DNA from: a virus
Taxonomy: Duplodnaviria; Caudoviricetes
Reading direction: 5' to 3' (one strand)
DNA length: 60,820 bases
IMG/VR virus record: IMGVR_UViG_3300016667_000092
Coordinates: 1 to 60,820 of that record
The notes under the pieces were generated by a model. The model had not been told where the DNA came from. It saw only the letters and a program-made list of their open reading frames with translations, and did no database searches. The stretch's first letter is position 1. The number at the start of each line of letters is the position of its first letter. The translations under genes were made by a program, and so were the position numbers. Positions 9,229 through 20,254 of the stretch are shown piece by piece.

Positions 9229-10143
9229 TTATGGGCATAAGAAGAATCCTATGATAATACCCCTGTCAACTTCAAATACGTTATATCCCGCAGGGCAGTT
9301 GGTGGACTTGTAATAACCCTTCGTTAAAGGGAACTCCCCATAAGCGTCAGAGAATACCCAATCGTAAAGCCCTAGCTCAAAATCAATACCCGTCACGTGC
9401 TCAACGTGGTACGTCTGATTCACAATAGACCCACACACCACTACAGAGTCCTCTGCTCGTTCACTACTAGAGAACTCCCTAAGTAGGTATGGACATTGAA
9501 CCGACAGATTGAAGGACGGAGACTCACAAGCTGCTATCACCTTGATGTCTACAATACTAGGAGAAGCTGCAGTCTTTGGTATTACAAGCACACAGTCACC
9601 GGGAGAATCATCTCCTGCTATTTCAGGTGATGTAATCGTAACACTTTCGGTTGTCCCTGCTGAAACAAAACTACTACCATCAAAGTAATACTTATTCAGT
9701 ACGGTAGGACTGATAGCAACAAGGTTGCATCCCGATGTTACAGGATCTCCTAAGTATACGGGGAATCCCGGAGTGCCTTCTTGAATACCGTATACAGGTG
9801 AGCTGAAAATATTATAAACAACGCTATCATACTGTATGTAGATACCAACGGGAGAAGAGAAAGGATTAAACGTAATAGGGATAGCTCCTGTGGCTGAACC
9901 CATATTAACACTCACTTCAAACACCCCTGCCGTGTTAACAGAAAACGGAGTGACTGCGCAATCGGAGGCGCAAGAAGGACAGCTTTGCTGCGGTAATAGG
10001 ACACAACCTGACTGCTGTCTCACAATCACACCGTCAGAGTAGAATCCATCAGGTGCACAGATTGTAAGATTGGCATCCATGAAGACCGCTGTCGATGATC
10101 CTAGAGACGGTCCGTTTAAATAGTATGGTAGACTTATTGGCAT
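9229..10143 (-). CDS. Cys-rich putative tail accessory structural protein
   Basis: 304 aa, beta-rich, within the tail operon. Confidence 0.55.
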   Translation of the reverse strand: MPISLPYYLNGPSLGSSTAVFMDANLTICAPDGFYSDGVIVRQQSGCVLLPQQSCPSCASDCAVTPFSVNTAGVFEVSVNMGSATGAIPITFNPFSSPVGIYIQYDSVVYNIFSSPVYGIQEGTPGFPVYLGDPVTSGCNLVAISPTVLNKYYFDGSSFVSAGTTESVTITSPEIAGDDSPGDCVLVIPKTAASPSIVDIKVIAACESPSFNLSVQCPYLLREFSSSERAEDSVVVCGSIVNQTYHVEHVTGIDFELGLYDWVFSDAYGEFPLTKGYYKSTNCPAGYNVFEVDRGIIIGFFLCP

Positions 10144-10152
10144 ATAATTAAT

Positions 10153-13100
10153 TTAACTTGGGCATCCACATTCAATTGCTTCTATCGAAGGTACGCTAGT
10201 TCCAACCAACACAACAGGAGCAGCACCCGTAGTACAAACTATTGCTTCACTTTCAGGGAGCAAAACAAATGATGTCGGCTCACCACTAAAGCATTCAGTA
10301 TATCCTATAGTAACTTCTTCCTGTAAGCCAAGAGATACTCTATATGTTATGCAACCCTCGCATTCTGTACAATTACAACAAGCATCGAATGCACTGTCAG
10401 CAGAATAGCAGAGGTTCAAGGCGGTAGACGATCTCAAGTCCCAAATCAAATACAAATAGGAACTAGTCCCTACTGTTGGGAACTGAGCATAGTACAGATT
10501 ACCTGCACCTAAGATAGGAGTGGCATCGCTAGCAGCAGCAATCAAGTTGTTGATTCCTGTAGGAGTATTCGGATATAGCGTATTAGACTCTAAGTATTTA
10601 AACTTATTATTTAGAGGGCTAAAATTAAACGTGTCAGTCAGTATCTTATTAGATCTGATATCAACCGTGCTTCCACCCGGAGGGAAAGCCCCAAGCCCCA
10701 TAGCTCCTGAAGTTATGTTATACCAAGACACAATCGGATTAGTGCTTCCCGTGAGGAACGTGACTAAGTTTGACTGCAATGGAGAAGTAAACGCACCGTA
10801 AGCATACTTGTACTCAGCGTGTATAGTTTCTCCTGAGTCAGCATCGTTAGTCAGTACAACCTGAACCACATTTAATATCTGACTAGTAGGACAGTTGACT
10901 GTAATCTCTAATGACACAACACCTGTAGTTACAATATCAATTACCACTACACTATCAGTGATTAAGTTCTTATTGACTGTAATAACACCTGAAGTATTTG
11001 TTGGACCACTAGATACTGTTATGGCATCATAGCTGCCTGAAATAATAAAGTCATCAGGAACACCTGAACTAACTATAGTATAGCTAATATCAACAGGACC
11101 TACGGTAGACCCAACATTGACACAGTATTGATATGCCTCTCCCTCAGGATTAAGAAGTGAAATAGTTTGACTGATCCCACATTCAATACATTCTTGAGGA
11201 GTAGGAAGTTCGATATCATTTACAGACAGAACATACTCGTTCATGTATGGATCGAACCCTCCAAGCTTCTGCGTATTGAAAGATGCGTTGAACGTATCCC
11301 TGAACCAAGTACGCATACCACTTTCTGACACAACACGTAGTTGGTCATTGTTATAGGAATCTCCTCTTAATTGAAGAACAGCACCTCTCTTCACATCTGT
11401 AAAGTATCTGTCGTATCCCCAATGCACGTAACTTTCAGGATTGAAGCTGATGCCATATTTCTCGGTTCTTGCAATCTGCGTACCCAATACCTCAGGCACA
11501 GAAGTAATCGCACCACCTGCTGCTGCATCAGAAAGAAGATTCTTTCCTGCTAACACATATGATATCTTATCCTCCTGAAGAACTAACACATCTGTCTCTC
11601 TTCCATCCATCTTAAAGATTGGACCGAACGAAGACTCAAGCAGCTTATAGTTAAGAAGACCTAAGTTAAACTCATTGAGTTTGTTTACATTGGTTTCTTC
11701 ATTGTAGATTCCACTATAGCTAATACTTGAAAATCTGTCAGCCTCTTTGTATTCTTGAGAGGAAGTAGTTGTAACACGGTTACCAAGATTGAAACTCTTT
11801 CCAACGATTGAGTCTCTTATCTTATAACTCTCGGCTCCGTTACCAAATGCAAAGCAGTTAAAGAATCCCGTATCGATAATCGCAGGTATACCTAAAGCGA
11901 TGTCTTGATTCTGAACATTCCCGTCATGATCTCCTGTAGATTGATCAATAGGGAATGATAAGTCATTCTCATACCATACATCAGGAAGAGCATCGATAGG
12001 TTCAGTCTCAAATATTAATGTATTCTCTGCTCTAAATACTTCAATGTTACAAATAATAGATGACCTCCTCTTATTTCTTGCTGCAACTCCTGTACATCTT
12101 TTGGTCCCCGTAATCATTAAAGTCAGCTCATTAGTAGATGGATTGCGGTAAAACCTGTAATAGTTTGTACATAAATCCATTGGTATATCTACCAAGCTAG
12201 CAGCAAGAGTAGGGATATACTGATTATCTGCAGGACAATTCGTTCCTCCAATGTCTTGTATACCATCGTTAAGAACAACCTCTACATTATCACCATCCCA
12301 CCAATCTTTAAAATTATCATAATCAGCAGAGGATATCAATGTCTTTTCTAATGTATATATCCTCCTTTCACAAGCGTTGTCACCATCTCCTGTTCCTAAA
12401 CGCTGAAACTTTAAAGATAATCTTACTCTACTTCCGGCAGGAATATCGTAATCAACCCAAGCACTAGTAGCTGTATCAAACCTGTTTACAGGATAATAGA
12501 GCAAAGGATACATGTCAGGCTGATTCTCATTAACTTCAATTGTACCCGGAGCAATAATAGAAAGCTCATCCATTACAATTGCGAAATTGTTAGGATTGAT
12601 TTTCATATATATTCCTGAGGGAACGGGAATGTCTATCGTCGGGTCTAAGGCACTTGGTATAGTAATAAAGTCTGAAGCCTTAGCTTCTTTCTCAAGAACG
12701 GTAGCATATACACAGTTTTGAGTAGGACCATTAGTGTCAGCCTTTACAATAAGCCTATCACCTGCTTCAACCTTTTTTGCATTTTCACCTTCTAATAAAA
12801 AGTAAGCGTTATTAGTCTCAGGATCTTCAAAGAAGATACTACTGTAAATAGTTTCATACTTCTCTTGGTCAGGCTTAATTACGAACTTATATCTCGTAGC
12901 CCATTCAGGCGCAATCTGACTTGACGGTATTGTAACTCTAATAGAGTTCTTCCTAGCTGAATACCCACAAGGTACATGCTCGGTATTATTCTTACTAACT
13001 AAAGCAGTAGTAGATCTGTTAAACTCATCCATGTACACTATACCAATCTCATACCCTCTGTTACTATGAAGACTTCTAGGATTTGCAATTTCTTGAAAGC

Positions 13101-14802
13101 TAGCTTCAATATACACTATAGAATAATACTCATAAACATTTTGAGTAGGAGTAGTGAGATTGTTAACGTATCTCATTGCAGGCATCTGCAAGCCAATCAC
13201 ATCACTTCCGGGAGAAGTAATAATAGCAATAGGTTGACCGCCCGCAGATATACCACTTGCATATTTAGATAATGAATCTAAGTTGTTTGGTAGCGCACAG
13301 TTTACTCTATCTGTAAATGTCGTGCCATCGCAAGATGTCTCCGCACCGGGAGTAGGATCATATACAGGCTTGATATTTAAAACAGTACCAACAGCTTCTT
13401 GAAATTCCGTACTAGTTGCTAGCTCATATACAGAATTGTAAGAGGTAGGTAAGAAAAAAGAAAAGTTAACATCTATATTAGTAGTGGTCTCTGTTGGTTC
13501 AGGAGGATCACCACTAAAGTCGGCATGGTTTAATCTTATCTCAACAGATAAGGCTGCGCCCTCAACAAGATTTGCTCCTGTTAAATCAATTTCAGCAACA
13601 GCATCTGTTATAGTTTGAGGCCCATTGATAGCGTAGTTTCCCGCAATGGTAGTAGCCGTAATATCAGTATCGCCAATCAATTCAGAAATTAGTTCAGTAT
13701 AATAATCTAAACGAACAGGCTCTCCGAACTTATCAATCAGATCATACCCATCAATATAGTTGCCATACATCAACCTGTTACCCATAATAGTTTGAGCCTT
13801 TGCATAGCGAGGTACGTTATCGTACAGTCGAAGCAGCTCAGATACAGGAAGGATAGTAAATATCTTGCTGTTATTAAACGTATAAGTATAATCCGTATTG
13901 TCAGCAAGACCAAGCATAAACTTATCTAGCTTCTCAATTATCTTGATAACATTATTGTCGGCTTCCTTAAACAAAAGCTCTACTGCTTTTACAAGAGGAC
14001 CGCCTGAGTTGTATGTAATGATTGCGGTATTGGTCAGGTTAACCATCCCTTCATTAAGAAAACTATTAACGCTAAATTCAAAAGGGTTAGGAACGAACGA
14101 TGGCGCAGACCACTGTGATGTGGCAGAGAACTCACCGTTCTCATATTGATACCTATAAGCAAAACATATGAACCTAGTATCCATGAAGTTCTCCTGTCCG
14201 CTTGTAGCTACAGGCTGAACACCCGGAGATTCAACAGGAGGTTTCTTGATAACAAGAATAGACTCTGCAGTAAACTGATCAATATCAGCAACAGGATTAG
14301 CGTAGTTCTTTTTTACGTTAATGAATCTAGGCTGATTGTAATCGTCGGTAAAAAATATAAGATCCTGAATCTTATTGATACCCGTAATTAAATAGTCGGG
14401 ATTAAAGTTCAAAGTAGTGTTAGTCCCACTTCCGTCATCAATACTAATGACATGGTATACCAATATGTTTGTAAGCGTGTTGAACGAAACAATCATATCT
14501 AGCTTACCTGTAGCACCAATGGGAAAGTTAGGATCGTGAACCATCCAATATATAGTCTCATGGATTCCGTCTTCCAAAGCACCGATACATCTAGCGTCAG
14601 TACTAAGTAAAGTACCATCAATGTACCTTAACTCTGAAACAGGGACATTACCTTTAGTGTTCTCCAAGACTCCAATCTCGGATACTTCGGTAGAACCCAT
14701 ACGGACATTCATTGCATCAATGTACTCTCCATTGGGAACAAGGCGTTCGTCAACCACCTTATTCATTTTCCCTGCTACAAAGTTTCTACTTAAGTTAGGC
14801 AT
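10153..14802 (-). CDS. Tail stabilization/nozzle protein (P22 gp10/T7 gp12-like)
   Basis: N-terminal F..GKMNK..DERLVPNGEYIDAMNVR; AQTIMGNRLMYGNY; YGISFNPES; 1549 aa. Confidence 0.8.
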   Translation of the reverse strand: MPNLSRNFVAGKMNKVVDERLVPNGEYIDAMNVRMGSTEVSEIGVLENTKGNVPVSELRYIDGTLLSTDARCIGALEDGIHETIYWMVHDPNFPIGATGKLDMIVSFNTLTNILVYHVISIDDGSGTNTTLNFNPDYLITGINKIQDLIFFTDDYNQPRFINVKKNYANPVADIDQFTAESILVIKKPPVESPGVQPVATSGQENFMDTRFICFAYRYQYENGEFSATSQWSAPSFVPNPFEFSVNSFLNEGMVNLTNTAIITYNSGGPLVKAVELLFKEADNNVIKIIEKLDKFMLGLADNTDYTYTFNNSKIFTILPVSELLRLYDNVPRYAKAQTIMGNRLMYGNYIDGYDLIDKFGEPVRLDYYTELISELIGDTDITATTIAGNYAINGPQTITDAVAEIDLTGANLVEGAALSVEIRLNHADFSGDPPEPTETTTNIDVNFSFFLPTSYNSVYELATSTEFQEAVGTVLNIKPVYDPTPGAETSCDGTTFTDRVNCALPNNLDSLSKYASGISAGGQPIAIITSPGSDVIGLQMPAMRYVNNLTTPTQNVYEYYSIVYIEASFQEIANPRSLHSNRGYEIGIVYMDEFNRSTTALVSKNNTEHVPCGYSARKNSIRVTIPSSQIAPEWATRYKFVIKPDQEKYETIYSSIFFEDPETNNAYFLLEGENAKKVEAGDRLIVKADTNGPTQNCVYATVLEKEAKASDFITIPSALDPTIDIPVPSGIYMKINPNNFAIVMDELSIIAPGTIEVNENQPDMYPLLYYPVNRFDTATSAWVDYDIPAGSRVRLSLKFQRLGTGDGDNACERRIYTLEKTLISSADYDNFKDWWDGDNVEVVLNDGIQDIGGTNCPADNQYIPTLAASLVDIPMDLCTNYYRFYRNPSTNELTLMITGTKRCTGVAARNKRRSSIICNIEVFRAENTLIFETEPIDALPDVWYENDLSFPIDQSTGDHDGNVQNQDIALGIPAIIDTGFFNCFAFGNGAESYKIRDSIVGKSFNLGNRVTTTSSQEYKEADRFSSISYSGIYNEETNVNKLNEFNLGLLNYKLLESSFGPIFKMDGRETDVLVLQEDKISYVLAGKNLLSDAAAGGAITSVPEVLGTQIARTEKYGISFNPESYVHWGYDRYFTDVKRGAVLQLRGDSYNNDQLRVVSESGMRTWFRDTFNASFNTQKLGGFDPYMNEYVLSVNDIELPTPQECIECGISQTISLLNPEGEAYQYCVNVGSTVGPVDISYTIVSSGVPDDFIISGSYDAITVSSGPTNTSGVITVNKNLITDSVVVIDIVTTGVVSLEITVNCPTSQILNVVQVVLTNDADSGETIHAEYKYAYGAFTSPLQSNLVTFLTGSTNPIVSWYNITSGAMGLGAFPPGGSTVDIRSNKILTDTFNFSPLNNKFKYLESNTLYPNTPTGINNLIAAASDATPILGAGNLYYAQFPTVGTSSYLYLIWDLRSSTALNLCYSADSAFDACCNCTECEGCITYRVSLGLQEEVTIGYTECFSGEPTSFVLLPESEAIVCTTGAAPVVLVGTSVPSIEAIECGCPS

Positions 14803-14803
14803 C

Positions 14804-15727
14804 TTATTTTATTTGCTTATCCATTCCACGAAGATTCATTAACAAGCGACCGGGATGGATATTACTAATTCTAATCTTTGCATTTCTCAGTAAGGCACTC
14901 TTTTCTTTTCTAGCCCTAGCCACGATATACTCCTGTACACCAAGCTTAGAACTTAGTATCTCATATTGGATATACGCGTACACATACTTTTCAAATAACT
15001 TATTCACGCTAATTAAAGAGTCATCACCGCCTTCCATACCATCAGAGATATACTCAAGGATGCAGGACTGACCAATCATATCAGAGCTAAAGTTAATAAC
15101 TCCTGCCTTTTTATTTACATTGAAGGTGGGGTTAAAGTTTGCTGTCTCCGTGTTCAAACCAAATCGGTTACCAAAGCTATATTGAAAGTACCAAACACCG
15201 TCATACTGCCATCCCTCCTGACCATCGAAGTCGCTGCCGGGATTGAGGTAAATACTTTTCTTAGTTCCTTTCAGCCTATCGAAATCAATTTGAGAATATT
15301 GAGGTTCTAATATATTACCATTCTGATCAAACAGAATCCATCCGTCGTTATCCTGAAGATAGGCGTTAGATGAAAGCACTTGAATGTTTTCAGTTAATGG
15401 TCTTAACCATCCATCCTTATATAGAGAGATGCGAACCCAATTGACAAAATCAGAAGGTAAAACGTATATGAGATTGTCAGCAACGGTCAGCTCTAATACC
15501 TTAATCTCTTTGAACGCATCGTAGTTTAATTCCTGTATAGCTCTTTTCGCATGGAACAACACCTTGTATCTCTCCTCATTATTAACCAACGAGTGGTTTC
15601 CTGAGTACATCAACATGAAGTTGTTCACTATATCGAACAGGCTTACGTATTGATAAGACCCCCAATTCTCATCTCTAGGGGTGTTACCATTATTATCGTA
15701 GTATTGATATTGTGAAATATATGCCAT
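14804..15727 (-). CDS. Tail ring/adaptor structural protein
   Basis: FHAKRAIQELNYDA, LPSDFVNWVRIS, LEYISDG motifs; synteny. Confidence 0.65.
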   Translation of the reverse strand: MAYISQYQYYDNNGNTPRDENWGSYQYVSLFDIVNNFMLMYSGNHSLVNNEERYKVLFHAKRAIQELNYDAFKEIKVLELTVADNLIYVLPSDFVNWVRISLYKDGWLRPLTENIQVLSSNAYLQDNDGWILFDQNGNILEPQYSQIDFDRLKGTKKSIYLNPGSDFDGQEGWQYDGVWYFQYSFGNRFGLNTETANFNPTFNVNKKAGVINFSSDMIGQSCILEYISDGMEGGDDSLISVNKLFEKYVYAYIQYEILSSKLGVQEYIVARARKEKSALLRNAKIRISNIHPGRLLMNLRGMDKQIK

Positions 15728-15738
15728 CTTTTATAAGT

Positions 15739-16707
15739 TTATTGTTGCATACTAAATGTAGGCTGCTCATGTTGTTGCTGCGCCATACCGAATTGAACCA
15801 CCTCAGCTTCACGGATAGACATACCGCAGTATTCAAGAATCTTTGTAGCTAATTTATACTCATCTTCAAGAGGTAATTCAAAGTCCTGATAGTCGGGCTG
15901 AGTCTGATCAAAAGAAGGCTCACCGTTAATCAATGTAATGTAGGTCCACTTTGGAGCCTTTGGTAATCTAAAGTATTGAGCATATACCTGACCCATAGTT
16001 GTAAACGTAACAGGGTACAAGCTAAATATCTCATTACCTAATGTATACGCAGGGAAAATATTTGACGGAGATGTAAGGAGCGAATTTAAAAGCTGAGTTA
16101 TTTTCCCTTGGCTTACCTTCTCTGCATCTTTAAACTCACTAGCATCAATAACCGCATAAGCCTCTGCAGTAGAAAGAAAGATATCAGCATCCAATAAAAG
16201 TTGAGTTGGAGATATCAAAGCCACAACTTTAGCAGAAAAGCTAGTTGTTTTATTTGTTACAATATCTCCCGCACTAATCCCCGCTGTTACAAAGTTTGCA
16301 GCAGAATCAACCAATGCGTTTGAAACCACACTAGTGTTGGTTCCTACCGTTAAAATATCAGGATAGCAAACAATCTTGTTTATCATATAAGCCTCATCAC
16401 CCGTAGTGATAAGACTAGGATAGTAATAATTATTTGAAGGATACGCCAAGGGGGCAACAGGGACCAATGGTTTAAACTGAGAGAATCTCTCGATAGTTTC
16501 CGTAATTGGTTTTATAATTTCAGCGTAGTCTGTTCCCGATTGACGGGTATTCTCCATATTGATAGTCTTGTTATAACTACTAAAATACTCCTCAAATATT
16601 TCCATCTGAGCCTGCTTAGAGTATAGGTTGAAATCAGAAGGGGAGATGTACCCGTAGTTATTCTTATTCAGGACAGCCAATACGGTGTTCCTTACATCGT
16701 TAATCAT
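15739..16707 (-). CDS. Tail ring/adaptor structural protein
   Basis: VLAVLNKNNYGYISPSDFNL..QAQMEIF, Y.RLPK.PKW, DFELP; synteny. Confidence 0.65.
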   Translation of the reverse strand: MINDVRNTVLAVLNKNNYGYISPSDFNLYSKQAQMEIFEEYFSSYNKTINMENTRQSGTDYAEIIKPITETIERFSQFKPLVPVAPLAYPSNNYYYPSLITTGDEAYMINKIVCYPDILTVGTNTSVVSNALVDSAANFVTAGISAGDIVTNKTTSFSAKVVALISPTQLLLDADIFLSTAEAYAVIDASEFKDAEKVSQGKITQLLNSLLTSPSNIFPAYTLGNEIFSLYPVTFTTMGQVYAQYFRLPKAPKWTYITLINGEPSFDQTQPDYQDFELPLEDEYKLATKILEYCGMSIREAEVVQFGMAQQQHEQPTFSMQQ

Positions 16708-16732
16708 CTATGTGCTTTTTACAAAGATAAAT

Positions 16733-16766
16733 AAAAAAAGGAGGGTTCGCGAACGAACCACTCCTT
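16733..16766 (-). terminator. Intrinsic terminator, followed by TATCTTTG promoter (16722-16729)
   Basis: AAGGAGTGGTTCG..CGAACCCTCCTT hairpin plus T-tract on minus strand. Confidence 0.65.
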
Positions 16767-16789
16767 CGTATATATCTAACAACCAAGAA

Positions 16790-17539
16790 CTACGAATTTA
16801 CATAATTCTCCAACATCTTGAGCGCATCTAAGCCCTCATCTGTTTTAAAGTAATTGGCTACAGTAGCATATGGATCTTCTCCATAAGGCACGGAAAGCAT
16901 CTTCTTCTTGTTGGAAGGGGTGCTAAACCAAATCTCCTTACGCCCGTTTCTGAAGGCTAATAGCTTCTGCTCAAAGAATACGTGGACAGAAGAGTGCAGC
17001 TTCAACATTGGGTCGTTCACCATATTGATAAAACCGATAGGGTCTTTCTTGGCATAGACCAACACATCTCTGCGTAGCTCGGCACTAGTAAATCTAGCAG
17101 GGTCCTTACCGAACAGCACACGGCATACGGTCTCCAATTGCTCTACAGAAAGCTGACGAGCCTCGATCAAGGCATCTACTTCTGCGTTCAGATTCTCTAC
17201 CACTTTTGCTGCATCTTTCTCTGTATCAACCTCTTCAAAGGATACACCATTCAAAGGATGGTAGTACAGGAACTGCTGAAGGACAGGGTTATTTTTGGGT
17301 ACACGAAGGAACCCGTTCTCGAAGATGATAGGCTCGACAATTGCATTGCCGTCCTGATCGTCCTCGAAAGGAGTCTTTTGATTGATGGCATAGCGAAGAG
17401 GTCTGTTCAGATTGTTCTCCTCATCATACCATAAAAGGGGATATCGTCTTGTATTTCGGGAAGGCAGCGTAAAAGAGAGAGGGGCTGCATCGTTCTTAAG
17501 TTTGTAGATTCTATCTACGGGAGTCAACTTAGCTTTCAT
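16790..17539 (-). CDS. Conserved hypothetical protein downstream of capsid gene
   Basis: 249-aa ORF in operon. Confidence 0.6.
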   Translation of the reverse strand: MKAKLTPVDRIYKLKNDAAPLSFTLPSRNTRRYPLLWYDEENNLNRPLRYAINQKTPFEDDQDGNAIVEPIIFENGFLRVPKNNPVLQQFLYYHPLNGVSFEEVDTEKDAAKVVENLNAEVDALIEARQLSVEQLETVCRVLFGKDPARFTSAELRRDVLVYAKKDPIGFINMVNDPMLKLHSSVHVFFEQKLLAFRNGRKEIWFSTPSNKKKMLSVPYGEDPYATVANYFKTDEGLDALKMLENYVNS

Positions 17540-17559
17540 TTGATATAATTTAATTAGTT

Positions 17560-17598
17560 AAAAGAAGGAGGGAGTCTCTTTGAAGAGACTCACCTCCT
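17560..17598 (-). terminator. Hairpin/terminator after capsid gene, containing the 16-bp palindrome (17574-17589)
   Basis: AGGAGGTGAGTCTCTTCAAAGAGACTCCCTCCT-TCTTTT on minus strand. Confidence 0.7.
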
Positions 17599-17615
17599 AA
17601 TTGATAATCCATCTA

Positions 17616-19049
17616 TTAAGCACCGTAGCGGAACAACACGAAGTTGTTAGCACCCAAGGTACATACGCAACGCTCAGAGAGGAAGTTAACCTCCATTGCA
17701 TCGAGGTCGCTAGTCTGTGCACCACCGGCAGAACCTGTGATCCAAGTTTTGTAGCGACGATCTTCAGCTTCAGTAGCGCGGTAGCGAACGTGTAAGAACG
17801 GACGCTTAGCGTTTTTGCCGAGGATTTGATCGTACACGGTAGTAGAACCTGCAGGAACCAACAATCCTGTTACAGTACCTGTAGCAGAAGAACCTGTAGG
17901 CAGACCACCACGCATTGTAGGATCGTTCAGATATTTCCAATCAGACTTGTAGAAGTCATAACCACGACGGAAACCGCTGAATCCAAGATTCAATGCCATC
18001 TCTGTGTCGTTGTCAAACAGACCGAAGGAAGCTGAATTAGCAGCACCTGTTCCGTTGAAACCGTTCAGAGTTGCAAGCATATCGTCGATATCGAAAGAGA
18101 ACTCACGATTAACGAAAATCACGTTCTCCTCGATAGAACCTTGCTTGTCAAGGCGAGAGATGATGCTGTCGAAGTCAGCAAGAGTTGTGGGGTTACCACC
18201 GCCCCATACGTTACCACGGTTGTTTACAACGTAGAACACACCCTCAGAACCTTTGTTACCAAAGTTAGGGTTGATGGCAGCGTTAGCAGCACCTGAACCT
18301 GACTCAGCAGGAACAGCCTCGATCATTGCAGTCTCAAGGTAGTCCTCAAAACGCAGACGAGTTTCGTGCTCACTCTTCAAATACCACAAGTATCCTGTAG
18401 CTCCGTTCTCGGTAGTGATTTCAACCCAACCGATCTGAGCCATATCAGAACCGCTTACAGCGTACTTGTCCTTGATGATGATTGGAGAGTTTTGGAAGAT
18501 ATCATCTTCAGCCTCCAAAGAACCTACCATTCCGATAGTTCCTTTCTTGAACTCAGAACCATAGATCCATACGGTACAAGTAGCAGTGATAGCAAAAGTC
18601 TGACCACCTGCCTCATAGTAAGCAACATCGAACTCGCCTGTAGTAGTGTTAACTGCAGTAACGATACCCTTGTTGCTAAGACCTGTAGCATTGTCAGAGA
18701 TGTTTACAGTCTGACCGGGACGGATTGCGATAGCAGTAACACCTGCATCACTAACCGTGATAGTAGCAGAGTCAGAACCTGCAGCAGCACTAGTAGCACA
18801 ATCAGTGTACTTGGTGTGCAAACGTCCTTGCTCAGCCCACTTGATAAGGTCAGAGTTAGAAGGCATCTCAGCTCCTACCATGCGGAGGAAAGATGCAACA
18901 GTACGATTACCATAACGCTCGAATTCCTTCTCGTAAGTATCAGGAAGATACTGATTCAAGAAGTCGAAGTTGGTAATATAGTTTGTAGATAATGGGACCT
19001 GCTCAGCACTTGGCTGCAGCTGATATCCCGGGGTTGGTAAAACAGCCAT
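17616..19049 (-). CDS. Major capsid protein
   Basis: 477 aa after portal and scaffold; QYLPD.YEKEFERYGNR, KWAEQGRLH, SER.VCTLGANNF motifs; strong codon bias. Confidence 0.85.
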   Translation of the reverse strand: MAVLPTPGYQLQPSAEQVPLSTNYITNFDFLNQYLPDTYEKEFERYGNRTVASFLRMVGAEMPSNSDLIKWAEQGRLHTKYTDCATSAAAGSDSATITVSDAGVTAIAIRPGQTVNISDNATGLSNKGIVTAVNTTTGEFDVAYYEAGGQTFAITATCTVWIYGSEFKKGTIGMVGSLEAEDDIFQNSPIIIKDKYAVSGSDMAQIGWVEITTENGATGYLWYLKSEHETRLRFEDYLETAMIEAVPAESGSGAANAAINPNFGNKGSEGVFYVVNNRGNVWGGGNPTTLADFDSIISRLDKQGSIEENVIFVNREFSFDIDDMLATLNGFNGTGAANSASFGLFDNDTEMALNLGFSGFRRGYDFYKSDWKYLNDPTMRGGLPTGSSATGTVTGLLVPAGSTTVYDQILGKNAKRPFLHVRYRATEAEDRRYKTWITGSAGGAQTSDLDAMEVNFLSERCVCTLGANNFVLFRYGA

Positions 19050-19063
19050 TTTCTTTTAGTTTT

Positions 19064-20209
19064 TTATGCTTTTTTAATACTGCGGATTTTTAAATTTCTG
19101 CCGTTACCCGCATCGACGGCTTTTACTTGGACTCCTCCCTTATTGATAACCTCAGGAGTTTTGCGATCAGACATGTTAATGTTCTTAATCTTACGCATAC
19201 TGCTCTCTGTGGCATCCGACATACCTTGCTCATAAAAGAACTTGGCAAATCGTTCGGGGTTCATCGCGATAGACAAAGACCTGTGGTATCCTGCAGCATC
19301 CTTCATAAGCCCGTTCTCGTCCAAGAATTTACCAATGAAACTCATAGGACTTAACTGCGACTTCTTCAGCTCAGTGGCATCACCGGGTGCAAACTTGAAC
19401 GTCTTATCATTTAGCTTGAACTCAAAACCTTTGAACTCATTACTAAAGACCTCGTCAGTTTTCTGTTGAAACCACTTGCTCTTACGCTCGGCTTCCTCTT
19501 GTTGAGTCTTTGCCTGTTTTACATATTGCTTATAAGCTTCAAATTCTTGTTTCTCTGCGTCAGGAATAGATGCCGTACTTGACTCAAGGGGCACTTTATA
19601 TTTTTCCTTCTGCTCGTTGAAGAACTTTCTAGCTTCAGCAACAGCTTTTTTCTTAGCGATCTTTACCTTCTTAACGCGAGACTCATCGTCGATGTCTTCA
19701 TCATACTTGTAGTCATCCATCAAGATATCAATATCCTCATCGTCTAATCCCTGCTGAGTAGCAGTAAGATAGTTCCTGAGAATCTGATCAGGGTCCATAG
19801 ACTCGTAATCTTTGTTCAACTTCAAGAAGTCTTCAAAGCCACGGCCTGTCTCCTTGCGGTATTTTAAATAAGCAGCTACATCGGCAGGGACATCTTCACC
19901 TCCCTTGCGTTCTGCAACCAACTCCTCAAAGGAATTGATTTGCTTATTGTATCGCTTTTCAATATATGAAAGAACTTTTTTCTCGTCTAGATCAATCTCA
20001 TCGGAACCACCATCGTCTTGACCACCGTCCTGACCACCCATCTGACCACCGTCTTGACCATCATCATCTTGAGATTGCTGAGCTGCTGCAGCAGCTGCTG
20101 CTTCGTCAGCATCTTTTAATGACTGTTCGTGTTTCTCAAGAAGTTCTTTTTCAACTTCCTGTACACCTTTAGGTTCTCCCGTTTCAACTGCTCTTACTTT
20201 GATTTCCAT
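19064..20209 (-). CDS. Capsid scaffolding protein
   Basis: Acidic, coiled-coil protein between portal and capsid genes; FFYEQG motif; DGGQ repeats. Confidence 0.7.
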   Translation of the reverse strand: MEIKVRAVETGEPKGVQEVEKELLEKHEQSLKDADEAAAAAAAQQSQDDDGQDGGQMGGQDGGQDDGGSDEIDLDEKKVLSYIEKRYNKQINSFEELVAERKGGEDVPADVAAYLKYRKETGRGFEDFLKLNKDYESMDPDQILRNYLTATQQGLDDEDIDILMDDYKYDEDIDDESRVKKVKIAKKKAVAEARKFFNEQKEKYKVPLESSTASIPDAEKQEFEAYKQYVKQAKTQQEEAERKSKWFQQKTDEVFSNEFKGFEFKLNDKTFKFAPGDATELKKSQLSPMSFIGKFLDENGLMKDAAGYHRSLSIAMNPERFAKFFYEQGMSDATESSMRKIKNINMSDRKTPEVINKGGVQVKAVDAGNGRNLKIRSIKKA

Positions 20210-20254
20210 TTGATTAAATTTATTGGTACAAAACTATATAAAATTTCCGACATT

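Noticed and set aside
20005-20065. GGQ/DGG tandem repeat in the scaffold gene
   Set aside because: Ordinary low-complexity linker
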